Of a stretch of DNA of 64,000 bases, positions 11,082 to 24,532 are shown in pieces. This DNA is from Ancylonema sp. (taxonomy: Eukaryota). The stretch is from contig JBFLGF010000014.1 in NCBI GenBank assembly GCA_050230475.1, positions 1 to 64,000 of the forward strand, in the 5' to 3' direction. A model generated the notes under the pieces. It saw nothing but the letters and a program-made list of their open reading frames with translations, made no database searches and had not been told where the DNA came from. The translations under genes were made by a program, and so were the position numbers. Each line of letters begins with the position of its first letter. Positions within the stretch are counted from its first letter, which is position 1.

Positions 11082-14000
11082 TGGTATCAGAGCGAGCAAG
11101 GTTCAGCCCTGAGGCCGCCTTCGTTTGATGAGAACCATAGGAAAATTGGAGGGTGCGACTTACGGGGTCGCATCAACGACTACGGTCGCTCCATTTTATG
11201 AGAAGCGACGGATGAAGAATCGAAGGGTGTGGCTTACGGAGTCGCACCAGCGGATACGGCCGCACAAGTTGCCACTAGCGCGTACTATGGTGCTGCGGGT
11301 GACCGAGGTGTCACGAAGAGCGGTCATGTACCGCGTGCTGAACGAGGGGACTCCAAAGAGGATGTGCTCGTGCAGGTGATGAAGATGAATGAAGAAAGAC
11401 CGGAAGACCGGTTACACGATGGACTCCAAGAGGATGTGATCGTGCTGGAGATTAAGATGGATGATGAAGGCCGAGACTGGTTACAAGTGGATTTGTTCGT
11501 TAATTCGTTCGAATCAAGAGACAACATGTATGGCGATGATTTCGGCGGCGGTGGAAAATGGCGGCGGTGATAGGCGGCGGTGGTTTTACGAAGTGGAAGG
11601 AAAACTCAGCTACTCTTCACTCGTCAATTCGAGGGAAGCGCTGGCTCAAAATGCTTTGGAATTATAAGGGTGTGAAGGCATGAAAGCATGCAGGCTGAGA
11701 AAAAGTGAGTGTGAGGAAGGATGATAGTTGTGAAAAGACCTCAAAATGATTGAATAAATTGAGTACGGAGTCGGAGAGCGGACGTCCGACATTAGTAAAG
11801 CCGGATGATGATGTGGAAAGTGATGATGTTGAGGAGGCTTTGGTGATGCGAGAGGAGAGAGAGAAGATTCCGATGGAGAGTGATGAGGCGGAAAGTAGTG
11901 ACACCGAGAGTGGTGATTACGGAGAGGCAGAAAGTGACGGAGTGAGTGCCGAGGATGAGATGGACGTTGTGTTTGAACCCGTGGTGTTTCCAAAAGTGTT
12001 GGATCAGGTTCTGAGCATAGGTGAGGCTGAGGAAACCATTGCATGATGAAGAAGTGATTCTGGTCACAAAAGAGGAAATGCACGATGGTGTGAATGTCAA
12101 AATCGGTGGAGGTGACCGACTTGCGGTGAACGAGTTCTTAGGATCCGATGGGAACGGCAAAGAAACTGATTGGTGTGACGAGAAAGTGAAGGTTGTTTGG
12201 GAAGCTTTTCCTGAACCGGTGAAGTCTGACGAGAGTGGGAGGGAGCCTCTAAGGGGCTCGATGAGTCGTCTCATAAGGAGAAAGGTGTCAAGCGCAAGTT
12301 CAAAAAGAGTTACCGACGGGGCATTGCGCAGTGTGGAGGAACGAATGTCGCTTCTGTGTGAATGTCGAATGTGTGAACTTTCCATCCCTGAAGAAGAAGA
12401 AGATGACATGGAATTCAACGACGAATCGACATCCGAAGAAGCGATGCAGCCAACTACTCCTCCCGCAGTATCACCAACAAGGAGTCGACATTCATCACCA
12501 CCGAGGTCCTTGTCGGCAAGAGGAGACCAGGGAGAGGAGACTCACCAGCACGGCAGCTTCGGTCCATGGAAGTTCGTGGGAACGCCAAGGGTCAGAGACG
12601 TCGACAGACATGAGCTTCGAGTGGCTGCCCCTCCCAAGTCACGACGAAGTGGTCGAGATAACCTTGGAGTCCCACCGGTGAGGCTAGGAGATGCGATGCT
12701 GATGGCCATGACAACGCCAAACGCAGACGCTCTACAATCAATACATGAAGCGTTGGAAGGCAAGGACCGACACTTGTGGCAAGAAACGATCAACAGTGAG
12801 CTTGAATCATTCGACGAGAACAAAGTCTTCACGATCGTCGACAGGTCAGCAGATGGAAGAAGCATTGTGGGATCAAAATGGATACTTAGGATCAAGTAGA
12901 CTGCGGACAGGAAAGTGGACAAGTACAAGGGAAGGCTCGTGGCAAAAGGGTTCACACAACGAGAGGGGCTGAACTACACGGAAACGTTTGCACCGACTCT
13001 ACGCTTCGAGTCGCTGCGCACCCTCATTGCCTATGCAGCAAGTGAGAACCTTTATATGGAACAAATGGACGTAGCAACAGCATTCCTATATGCAAAGATC
13101 GACGAGGAGGTGTTCATGGAAATGGAGGGATACGGAAGCGGGAAGGTGATGCTGCTCCACAAGAGCATCTACGGGCTGAATCAGGCGTCGAGGCTCTGGA
13201 ACAAGCACCTCGACAAAGTCTTTGGAGAGCTCGAGTATCATCGTCTCACCTCGGACTTCGGAGTCTACATCAAAGGAAAGGGGAGAGACAGGGTACTAAT
13301 GGGGGTGTACGTCGACGACATCATCATCCTGGAAAAATTGATGGAAGTGTTGAATGGGCTAAAGGGACATTTGAAGACTGAATTCAAAATGAAAGATCTT
13401 GGGGCGGCAACATTCATTCTTGGGATGGAGATTCGACGACAAGAGAACGGAGACATCTTCCTGGTGAAAGAAAAATATGCAGGGGACATCCTCCGAAAAT
13501 GTAACATGAATGACAGCAGGCCAACAAGTACTCCAGTGGGAGCACGGGTTAGTCTGGGAAAGGCAGATTGCCCGACGACAGAGGAGGAACGCTTGAGAAT
13601 GACAAAAGTACCATAAAGGTCTGCCATTGGGAGTCTGATATACATTTCCCAAAAGACGCGGCCAGATATGGCAGAGGCTGTGAGCTGCTTGAGCAATTTC
13701 TGTCAGAATCCAAGAAGAGCTCATTGGGAGGCACTGAAGAGGGTGCTACGTTACCTCAAGGGGACGACAGGACATGGAATCGTGTATCGACGAGGAGCAT
13801 CGATAGACTTCGTGGGATTCTCAGACGCCAGCCATCTGATTTGCCCAGACACTTTGCGTGGACGAGTTAGCTATGTGTTCATGTGTGCAGGAGGGGCAGT
13901 GAGTTGGAAGTCAAAAGGGGTCGGGAACAACACATAGTCTTCGTGTGAAAGAGAGTACCTGGCATTATCGATGGCAGCCCAGGAGGCAGCATTTCTGAGT

Positions 14001-14337
14001 AACTTGCGAGCAGAACTGAAGGGAAAGGAAATTCTAGAGACAAAGGAGGAGATGTAACAAGTGATCATCAAGACAGGCAGCCAGTCAGCAAAGGATTTGG
14101 TTGGAAACCCAGTATTCCACTCACGAAGCAAACACATTCTCAACAAGTATCACTTCATCAGGGAGAGGGTGGAGCTGGGACAAATTCTTCTGGTATTTGT
14201 GTACAGCGAACACAATAGAGCGGACATGCTGACCAAGCACGCTAGTCTTGGAGTTATGGAAAAGAACATGAAAGTGATTGGAATGAGGGGATAGGCTTAA
14301 ATACAAAAAGGGGGAGATGTTACAATTAGGGGGTGTA
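11082..14337 (+). mobile_element. Degenerate Ty1/Copia element (PBS, acidic gag-like remnant, RT, RNase H, PPT)
   Basis: PBS TGGTATCAGAGC at 11082-11093. RT motifs KGRLVAKGFTQ, QMDVATAFL, KSIYGLNQA and YVDD. RNase H motifs FSDA, RSKHI and ADMLTK. Several premature stops. Purine tracts at 14305-14333. Matching LTRs not recognisable. Confidence 0.92.
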
Positions 14338-14665
14338 TTGGAAATAATTGTAAAATCGATATATTGAATTGTTTGTTATAAACAATCTTAGTGCGGCACA
14401 ATAATCGAGTCATCATTTTTGAATAAAGATCCTTCTAGGATAACGATAACTAGACATAAATACATATTGACTCAGATTGACGGCGCCTCTATTTCTAAGG
14501 ATAGGGCATGGAAGTTCGGAAAACAATATAGATAGAATTGCGGATATTTGACAATTCAATCTACTACAATCATTCTAAACATCTATGCTTGCACAGTTTG
14601 CTTGCTTGTTGAACATGAAAGTTGTAATTCCATCATGTTTGCCTTGTGTTGATAACGACGCAACC

Positions 14666-17600
14666 ATGAGTAGTCCGAAGTCGGAATTATCGTCTGTTGC
14701 CGTAGAGGCAGATGAGTTCCTTGAATAGATTTCAAGGGCATGATTGTCGACATGGGAGTCACGGAGGAGACGGGCATGTGTCTAATCATGACTCGCCTTA
14801 AGGAGGGGGGCAAGTCCTACTGGCGGGATTTCGAATCATCCTTGCTTCGGACGGGCGGCAACCCGTATTCCTACGAAGTGTTTGAGCGACAGATGATGGT
14901 CGCGTACGGTAGTACGGACCTGGTGGAGCAATCGAAGCTTACTTATTGGGCGCTGAAGCAGAATGGTCCGCTGCGACCTCTCCTGGTGGAGATATAGTTG
15001 CACCTGTCGCGCATGGATCCGTGCATTCGTCCATTGCGCGATGCGCAGATCCAGCATGTGCTGGACATTATGAACCTCGAGTTGTTCACAGCGGTGATGC
15101 GCAGGAGACCAGGGAAGGGTGGTTCGTGGACCAGCCTCCAAGAACTCATGGCGTTCGCTGTGAAGGAGGACGACGACCAGCAGAAGTTTCGGATCATCAT
15201 TCCGGACTCTGCGGGGGAGCGCGAGCTGCCGTTCACCCAGCTTCTGAAAAAGCGCTAGGCCGATGCCTTGGAGCGTCGTGGAGGTGGATCCTCAATCACA
15301 GTGAAGTAGGGGACGACGTTTGGCACCGCAGAGAAGGTGGGGAGTTCCTCCCGCTTCCACGGCCAAGGCCAGAGCCAGGGCAAGGCCCAGGGCTAGGGAC
15401 AAAGCAAGGGGCAGGCCAAGGGCTAGGGCCCGAAACTGGACCCGGGTAGGGCCAAACTTAGCAACAAGGCTAGGATGGCACTCTATTCTGACGAGAAATG
15501 TTTCACGTGTCAGAAGTTTGGACACGTGGCCCGAGTTTGTCCCACACGTGTGGTAGTTAAGGACAAGGGTGATGACAAAAATGGAAAAAAGTCCTAAAGC
15601 CGTGTGGTAAAAGGATAGCTCGTTCCGACTTGGAGTCGCGGAGCGAGCCGGATTTGACACAATTTGTTATTGTCAATAAAAATGATTTGACAGCAATTTG
15701 TGGGGAAAGTCTCCCAATAAATTTGTGCCTGGAAAATCATAAAATTTTTATTGCAATGGAATACAGTGTAATATAGTGTAATGTCATGACTCCGATGTAA
15801 TTATTTTCATGTGTCGATTTGCCATGCGATATGTATTTGCGCCTACCAAGTGGTAAGGTACTCGATGACTGCATAAAATATTTCCACACGTTAGTGAATA
15901 AATTTAAATGCATTGTCATTAAACCCAGGAAGGGGTAAATCACATGGCCGGTGTCATTTACCAACTACAAACAAGTCCAAAAATACGACAAAGTCAATCA
16001 CGTGCATACGTCAAGGATATCCCTCGTTAACTGCCGTGAAGCACATTGCATTATGGTGAGTAGTACAAATACCACAATGACTGCACTTTCAGCACATGAC
16101 AACCGTGTGTCATTTGCGCAAGTTGCCGGGATCCCGATATCGATATCGATGGATACCCTCGCTAGCGAGAACTTCATCAGTGCGGAAGTTGTACGCCTAC
16201 ACAATATTGCCATCGATACCATACAAAGTGAGTGTCACTTCGGGCGATGGTAGTGAAAGTGATATATTGGGGAAAGTCAACATTCACATGAAATTTGGAG
16301 CCTATCATGGCAAAGTCGTTTTCAATGTGCTAAAGTTAGCACCGTATATTGACTCTATTATTGGATTGGAATGGATGAATCGACATAATGCTATTTTAGA
16401 CTTTGGAACCAAAACATGTCGAATAAACAAAGGATTGCGCTTCATCACATTGTTTGCAAGTAAGTAACACAAAAAAAAGGCAGTCTCTCCTCTATTATCA
16501 CCGATGCAACTTTCCAAGGCATTAAGGAAAGGGGCTCAATCATTCTTTGTGCAGTTACGCTCGAAAACTCTTGAAGAAGAGTTAGCGGATATTGAATAGC
16601 GGCCTTTGCAAACTGAGGGAAAGATGACAGGCATCCCAACTCAAATGGTGGAGTTACTCGACGAGTTTGTCGATGTCTTTCCGGACGATCTTCCGAAAGG
16701 ACGTCCACCCGACCGGGGAACCGAGCACACGATTCCATTGGAACCGGGTGCAAAACTTGTTTTTCGACCGATGTATCGGTTAAGTCCTCTTGAGCAGGAA
16801 GAAGCAAAGAAACAAATCACTGAGTACTTAGCGAAAGGGAGGATTACCCCGAGTTCTTCGCCGTACGGTCAGCCGATTTTGTTTGTGTCATAGAAAGGGG
16901 GGAGTTTGCGAATGTGTATCGATTTCGAGCACTAAACAAACAAACCGTCAAAAACCGATATGCCTTGCCACGTATCGATGATATGTTGGATCAATTGAAT
17001 GGCGCGAAGGTATTTACGGCATTAGACTTGGCTGAGGGATATCATCAAATCCGGATTACGCCGGAAGATTGTCCAAAGACCGCGTTTAGAACGCCGAGTT
17101 CCAAAGTGTTGCCTTTCGGATTGACTAACGCCCCGGCAACCTTTCAAGCGACGATGAATGGTATTTTTCGTCCGTTACTCTGAATGTTTGTAGTAGTCTA
17201 TCTGAATGATATTCTAATATATTCCAAAACCGAAGAAGAACATATTGAGCATGTTCGATAAACGCTGTCGATTTTGCGAATATATAAGTTCTATGCCAAA
17301 AAGAAGAAGTGCACGTTTATGCAAGAAAATCTTATTTGGGCATGAGGGTGGGCCCGAAGGTATTCGACCCGATGCTCAAAAGCTAAGTGTCATCCCGGAT
17401 TGGCCTATTCCGGCGGACGTCAATGACGTAAGATCGTTTCTTGGGTTAGCGAATTACTTCCGAAAATTCATTTATGGATGTGCGGAGATCGCTAAACCAA
17501 TAACGAATTTGACTAAGGCGTCGACACACTTTGAGTGGACCACAGTTGCCAAAAGTCATTTGATAGACTTAAGTGGTGTTTAAACCACGCGCCAACGTTG

Positions 17601-19700
17601 GCGTTGTTTGATCCGAATCCCTTGTGAAGTTGTAACGGATACATCGATGCATTCGTGAGGTGGAGTGTTACTCCAAGGTTCTCGTGCAATTGCGTACGAA
17701 TCAAGAACCATGAATATCGTAGAACAACGGTACGGTGTAAGAGAGCAAGAGTTGCTCGCCACGGTACACTGTTTGCGGAAGTGGCGGTGCTATTTGGAAG
17801 GTGCCCATTCCTTTGTGGTCGTCACCGATCACAATCCGAATGTCTTCTTAAGTACCAAGACTGAGTTGTCAAGAAGGCAAGCACGATGGTCTGAGTTGTT
17901 ACAGTCGTACGACTTTCGGTGGGAGTATCGGCCGGGACGCACAAATCTGGCCGACTCATTAAGTCGTATCGATAGGAAGGTTCTCTTGCCCCCTAGTGTC
18001 ACAACGGCGCCTGAACCACGGCGAGGGAGCGAGGAAGGGATTGCAACCTTTCTGGACCCCACCACGATGCAACGACGGACTATGATGGCTATCCACGTTG
18101 ATTTCCCAGATTCAGCCATGGATTTGGCTAAGACGATCTCGGAAGGATATGTCGTCGGCACTGAGTGTGAGGGCTCCCCATCTTTCCAGAAAGGGGTATA
18201 CCACCTAAACTATACCAAAGGATTATGGTATAAAGATGACCGTGTATTCGTGCCCGCGGCGGCTCGAGACACAATAATGCAACTTGGGCACGCAAGTGCA
18301 GTTGCGGGTCATTTTGGCGCCAAGAAGTCGATTGAGTTCATCAAACGTACTTATTGGTGGCCGACATTGTTGGTGGATGTTGCCAACTTTGTCCGGGGCT
18401 GTCTTGTTTGTCAACGGAGCAAGACATTAAATATTAGGCCACAAGGGTTGTTGCAAACTTTGCCAATCCCGGCACGCCGTTGGTCATCGTTATCGATGGA
18501 CTTTATCACAAGTCTCCCGACTACCAGACGACAAAAGAATTCAATTCTTGTGTTTGTTGATAGGTTTTCGAAGATGGTTCATTTCGTCGCAGTTGAGGAA
18601 TCGATGACGGCAAAGGATTTTGCCCGTCATTTCATCGATGGAGTTGTAAGACTCCATGGCCTTCCCGACGAAATTATTTGTGATCGAGATCATAAATTTC
18701 GGGCCGCGTTCACGCAAACGTTCTTTGCTGAATTGGGTGTCGATTTGATGATGAGTACTTCTTTTCATCCTCAGACCGACGAGCAAACCGAGAGGACCAA
18801 TCGAACTTTGGAGCAATATCTTCGTTGCTTCATCGATTTCGAGTTGTCCGATTGGGAAGATTGGTTGCCATTGGCGGAGTTTTCGATAAACAATGCTTTG
18901 AAAGAAACCATCCAGTGTACTCCATTCGATATGAATGGCGGTCAGCACACAAAAATACCGTTAACCCTTCGGACAAGTGCTCGTCTGCAAACGGGGAAAC
19001 CAGGAGATTGGGACCCTGTCGCTGAACGTTTTCGTGCCAAGATTGACATACTCTTAAAGAAGGCTCGGAAAAATTATCAAGAGGCTCAAGCAAGGCAAAA
19101 AATGAATGCTAACAACCGCAAGAAATTGGTGGAACCATCATCTGTTGGGAGTAGTGTTCTTCTATCTACTAGGAGGATCACTCTATCAACACCCGGGCCC
19201 AGTAAACTCTGGCTTAAGTTCATTGGTCCGTTTAAGGTGTTGGCCAGAATCGGTGAGGTTGCCTACCGATTGGAGTTGCCCGTGCATCTGAAAATTCACA
19301 ATGTGTTTCATGTGAGTTTGTTGCGGCGTTTTGTACCGGGTAAATCGTCGATTCCACCGGCGGTTCCCGTGGAAGCAAATGTGGAATATGAAATCGAAAT
19401 ACTCCTCGATTTCCAAGTTTTGAAGGTTGGCCGTGGCACACGACGTGAATTTCTAGTCATGGTTGGATTCTGGACCTGAACATAACACTTGGGACCCAGC
19501 GATAGTTATCGAGAAATCAGCGCCACTGATGGTAACTAACTTTTTGGCTAGACAAAAGTCTTTGTCAAAGGCTAAGGACAACAGTGCGAAGAGTGTTACG
19601 CGCACAGTTGGAACAACGTCTTCCGACGGATTAGTTCAGTCAGGACTGCGGAAACGGAAAAGGTCATAGTTACTCTTTTGAGGGTTTCAGGGGTGGGGAG
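14666..19700 (+). mobile_element. Degenerate Ty3/Gypsy chromovirus (gag-CCHC, protease, RT, RNase H, integrase, chromodomain, PPT); no LTRs seen
   Basis: CCHC CFTCQKFGHVARVC at ~15499-15541. Protease ~16100-16467 (IIGLEWM). RT ([22 protein letters not shown]). RNase H-IN ORF 17665..19479 (VVVTDH, SMDFI, HPQTD, GPF). Chromodomain ~19385-19550. Confidence 0.95.
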
Positions 19701-20108
19701 ATCATCCATTGATATTCACTTACTTTGACAAACTGAAGCCAGAGCTCAGGCAGGAGATCTTGAAGGTTCAGTCTCCCCTTGACACCTTCTCCGAGTATGT
19801 TACTTTCGTGAAGAACATCGAAAACGCCCTAGCTGCTGCTCGTTTGGACAGACCCTCCCGATCAACCTACGTCCCCCCCCAAGCCAGAGTTGCAGATCAG
19901 TTCCCCAACAGCTGCCCCCTCACCTGCAGATTGTCCCATGGACATAGAGGCACCCGCCGCCAGATCCTGAAGGTAGAACCCGCGGAGATGGCCCGCCGTG
20001 TGGCTGGCAACCTGTGCCTTTAGTGGCTTGCCAGGCCATAACAGAACCTGCCCTAAACAAGGGCAAGGGCCGCACCGTGCGCTTCCTCGATCTGCAACCC
20101 CCCGAGTC

Positions 20109-20160
20109 AAAAAACGACTACCCCACACAGTCCTAGGAGGGGTCTGTGCGGGTCCCCTTC
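20109..20160 (+). promoter_or_regulatory. Putative -1 ribosomal frameshift signal between gag and pol
   Basis: Slippery heptamer A AAA AAC at 20109-20115. The gag frame stops at TAG shortly after, and the protease ORF is in the -1 frame. Downstream stem CCC-A-CACAG/CTGTG-C-GGG. Confidence 0.65.
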
Positions 20161-23100
20161 CCCTACCCTCCCCATTTCCCCACCCCCGCCAACTTCTGCT
20201 GGCCTGCCATCTGCTCCGTTACCCCCTCCCGTCCATATCTGTCAAAGTGCTGATCGACTCTGGGGCGTCAGGCAACTTTATCGACCCCCAGCTTTTGTCA
20301 GACAATAACCTACCCACCCACCCCCATCCCCACCCCAACCTATCCGAGCTGATAGACGGCAGCCCCCCAGCCGCTGGCCCCATTACCTGCTATTTTTCGG
20401 CGCAGCTCAGATCCCCAGGCAACCACACGGAGACCATCACCTTGGACGTCACCAGACTCGCGCACTGCCCGGTTGTCCTCGGTTTCCCTTGGCTACACAA
20501 GCATAATCCAGCAATAGACTGGCAGTCATGCACCATATCCCTCACCAGTCCACACTGTGCTGCTCAGTGCTTGATGCCAAATCCCCCCCCCCCCCCCATT
20601 CCCACCCCCTCCCCTTCCCCCACTTCCCCACTTCCCTTACCCCATGCCCAGCCAAAACCTGCAGTTTTAAACGCTGTTCAGCTTCCTCCAGACCCTGCCC
20701 TTCTAGCCCAGCTGCCTCCCGAATACCACGACTTTGCAGACGTGTTCTCCGAGCAGGCTGCAAACACCCTTCCCCCCTTCCCCCCCACAGGCCTTACGAC
20801 TTAGAGATCCCCCTCCTGGCAGGTGCAGAACCCCCCTGGGGGCCAATTTATTCCCTGTCAGAACCAGAGCTGGCAACTCTAAAGACATACATCACTGACA
20901 ACCTGCGCAACGGCTTCATCCGGCCGTCGTCCGGGAGGAGCACCTGTCATGTTCATCAAAAAATCCGACGGAAAACTACGCTTGTGTGTCGACTATCGCA
21001 AGCTAAATGTAGTGACTATAAAAAACCGCTGCCCTCTACCCCTCATACCTGAGCTGCTCGACCGCCTCAACTCCGCAACGATCTTCACACGAAGATCGAT
21101 CTCCGCAACGCTTATCACCAGCTGAGTAAAGGAGGGGGATGAATACAAGACTGCATTCCGCTGCCGCTACGGACACTACGAGTACCAGGTCTATCTTTTC
21201 GGGCCCACCAATGCCCCGGCGGCATTCCAGTCTTTCATCAACGACATCTTTCGTGAACCTCTCGACGTCTGCCTGGCAAACCTTCTCGACGACATGATTA
21301 TCTACTCCCCATCCCCTGCTGAACACGTCCCCCACGTCCGGGCTATCCTGGCAATCCTACGAGAAAACAAACTCTACGCTAAGATCAAGAAGTGTCAGTT
21401 TAATACTGACACTATCGCCTTTCTAGGCTACCAGGTCTCCCTAGCAAGCGTGGGTATGGACCCCCCCCAGAAAGTGGCATCTCTCCTTGACCCGCAGCCC
21501 CAGTCCGTCAAGGAGGTCCAGTCATTCCTTGGGTTCGCTAATTTCTACAGGCGTTTTGTTAGACTATTTTCTACGGTGGCGTGCCCCCCCTTACCTCATT
21601 AACACGCAAGGGAGCAACCCCTTTGGCTGGACACGGGAGGCGGAGGCAGCTTTCACATCCCTCAAGCGGGCCTTCACTTCCGCTCCAGTCTCTTGCAGAG
21701 CACTTCCAGCCCCTGCAGCCACACTCACCCTCGAAGCCGACGCCTCCGACTTCGGCTTCGGCTGCGTTTTATCGCAGCCAGATCCCAGCGGCGAACTCCA
21801 CCCCGTCGCATTCTACTCCCGCAAGTTCATTCCCGCAGAACTGAACTACCCTATCTACGATAAAGAAAGAGCTGCTCGAGTGGCTGCCTTTCGCCAGTGG
21901 CGCGTCTATCTTGAAGGAGCGGCACATCCTATCGTGGTCTACACCGACCACAAGAACCTGGAGTACTTCCAAGCACCCCGAACGACATCCCGCAGGCACG
22001 CAAGGTGGGCCGAGACGCTGGCAGCCTACGACTTCACTATCGTCTACAGGAAGTGGTCCAGCAATGGCAAGCCAGACGCCCTATCCCGAAGAACTGACTA
22101 TCTGCTGCCAGCTACATCCCCCCACCCAATCCTCCCCCCACCAGCTCTTCTACCAATTCCCCCGGTGCGTGCGGCAGCTATCCTGCAGGCACCTAACGAC
22201 CCTATACTCCTGGACATTCGCGCTGCCCAACTAGCTGACCCTACCCTCCGTGCTATAGCTACATCCCTGCAACCCGGACCCGCTGGGGAATCCAACCCGA
22301 GTCGCACTGCAGGCGAGTCCAATTTTCCCTACACCCTACGCGACGGCCTTCTATACCATCGCGGCCGCCTCGCTATCCCTCCTACCGCTGCTACCATTAT
22401 TCTCTCTATTCTGACGCAATACCACGACGCACCCATGGCTGGCAGGCCACTTCGGCACCGCACGCACGCGTTGATAGCGCAGTATTTTCACTGGCCTGGT
22501 CTTTCGAAGGCAGGAAAACTACGTACGCACGTGCGACATATGCGCCCGGAACAAGCCGGTGCGCCATGCGCCCTATGGCTTGCTATCCCCTCTCCCTATC
22601 CCTACCCAGCCATGGGCCAGCGTCGCACTAGATTGGATCACTGACCTACCCCCGAGCGACTACCACGACGCCATTCTAGTGGTCGTCGACCGGCTGACGA
22701 AGCAGGCGCACTTCATTCCTACCACCGGCCATGGCGGCTCTTGAGATCGCAGCGCTGTTCGTGCAGCAAGTCGTGCGCCTGCATGGGGTGGGGTGCCCAG
22801 CACCCTCATCAGCGACCGCGATCCCATCTTCACCAGCCACTCGCCGGCTGTTGGCTGCTCGGTGTACGGGCCAACCGCTCCTCTGCTTTTCACCCGCAGA
22901 CGGACGGGCAGACAGAGCGCCTTAATTCGGTTCTCGAACAATATCTGCGAATCTACACCGATTACCAGCAATCCGATTGGTCCCAACTCCTGCCGCTGGC
23001 GGAGTTCGCTTATAACAACTCCAAGCACTCCGCCACCACCCTTTCCCCGTTCTTTGCCAACTACGGCTTCCACCCGCAAATGTCGCTGCTCCCACCCTCC

Positions 23101-23713
23101 CCAATTACCCCCAACCCCGCAGCCGACGACTACGTCAAAACGATCCACGACACCCAAGATTTCCTCCAGTCAGCGCTTCGCAAATCCCAGCGGGCGATGG
23201 AAATTTCGGCCAATCGGAAGCGCAAATCTGCTCCGATATTTTCGCCGGGTCAGAAAGTATGGCTGTCCCGGCGCCACGTCGGATCCACTCGTCCTTCCTC
23301 GAAACTGGATGTCCGTCGTCTGGGTCCTTTTCCGGTTCTTGGCCAGATCGGCACCTCGTCGTATCGCTTGGAGCTGCCGGCCTCTGTGAAACTCCATCCC
23401 GTCTTCCACGTCAGCCTCCTCGAGCCGGTACCATGCCAACACAGTCCCGGGTCGTGTCGTGGCGCCTCCACCTCCGGTCGTTGTGGACGGCGCGCCGCAC
23501 CATGAGGTGGCCACAGTTCTGGATTCCAAGTTCGTGCGGGGCCGGCTCTTTTACCTCGTCGATTGGGTCGGGTACGATGAATCGGAGCGTTCTTGGGAAC
23601 CTGCCGACAACATGGACAATGCTGCTAACGCGGTCGCAAATTTCCATGCCACATTTCCCGCTCGGCCTGCACCGCCTCCCTCATCGCGTTCCGTTGAGGG
23701 GGGGGGTACTTAC

Positions 23714-24168
23714 TGTTAGGACCCTCGCTACAGTCACTAGGGTTCCCTAGCAAGGTTTCCACACTTAGCGCTAGAGCGCTACTAGCTCAGTTTCCTCTAT
23801 ACGAGTTCTGTCCCTATAGAGCGGGAGTGTGTCCCTAGCGGCCGCCTGGCCCCTAGGGAGTTTCTGGTGTGTCCTTACTCTGGGCAGTTGTGCCTTTAGC
23901 TATATTTTGTTGTGTAGTCAGCCGCCCTTGACTTATTTATCCCACATGTTTCCTAGAGTCGGCTAGGGCCGACTTTCATATCTAGCCGATAGGAATGCCT
24001 ATAGCATTCCTCAACTCATACTTGCACCTTGTGCCCCTACCATATCAACCCGACCATTTGACCATCGGCTATTTCCCTCTATCCTATCGACTCATTTCTC
24101 ACCATCATCTTGTGTGTGCATTTGCAACCCCCGATTGCTAGGAGCTCCATCATATTCCACTCCTAACA
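23714..24168 (+). repeat. 3' LTR (455 bp)
   Basis: 8-bp terminal inverted repeat TGTTAGGA...TCCTAACA, a few bases after the PPT. Confidence 0.85.
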
Positions 24169-24532
24169 AAGTATGTGTTTGTTATTTGCAAATAACGTCA
24201 TTTATATTGCCCTGTGGCGATATATTACATTGGTGCTCTTCAGACAGAGACAGAGTCCAAACAAGGCTACGTCCATTTGCATGTAAGTTAGGTTTGTTCC
24301 TGCACAAAAGTAGGTTTTCTCATAAAACATGTGGTTTGTCTTTCAAGGCCACGAGGTGAGATCAATCGACACCCGAGATCACAAGTTGTTTCATGCAAGA
24401 TGTTGGGTGGGGTGGAGTCGCATTGTCATAACGAAAATACACAAATGCAACGATAAACATTTATATCATTTCCGTCATAAAAGGGGAGAACATGCCATAT
24501 CATTAAACACGATAGGGAACCCCATATGAGTA

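Larger units (their letters stand above)
19691..24168 (+). mobile_element. Ty3/Gypsy chromovirus (partial gag, protease, RT, RNase H, integrase, chromodomain, PPT, 3' LTR); frameshifted; same family as the element at 1-1598
   Basis: Protease LIDSGA, RNase H EADASD/YDKE/VYTDHKNL, integrase nearly colinear with 1-1150, chromodomain YLVDWVGY..SWEP, and PPT gagggggggggt at ~23697-23707. Confidence 0.95.

Noticed and set aside
15320..15556. (RA)n-rich ORF
   Set aside because: It is an alternative frame of the G/Q/K low-complexity linker before the gag zinc knuckle.
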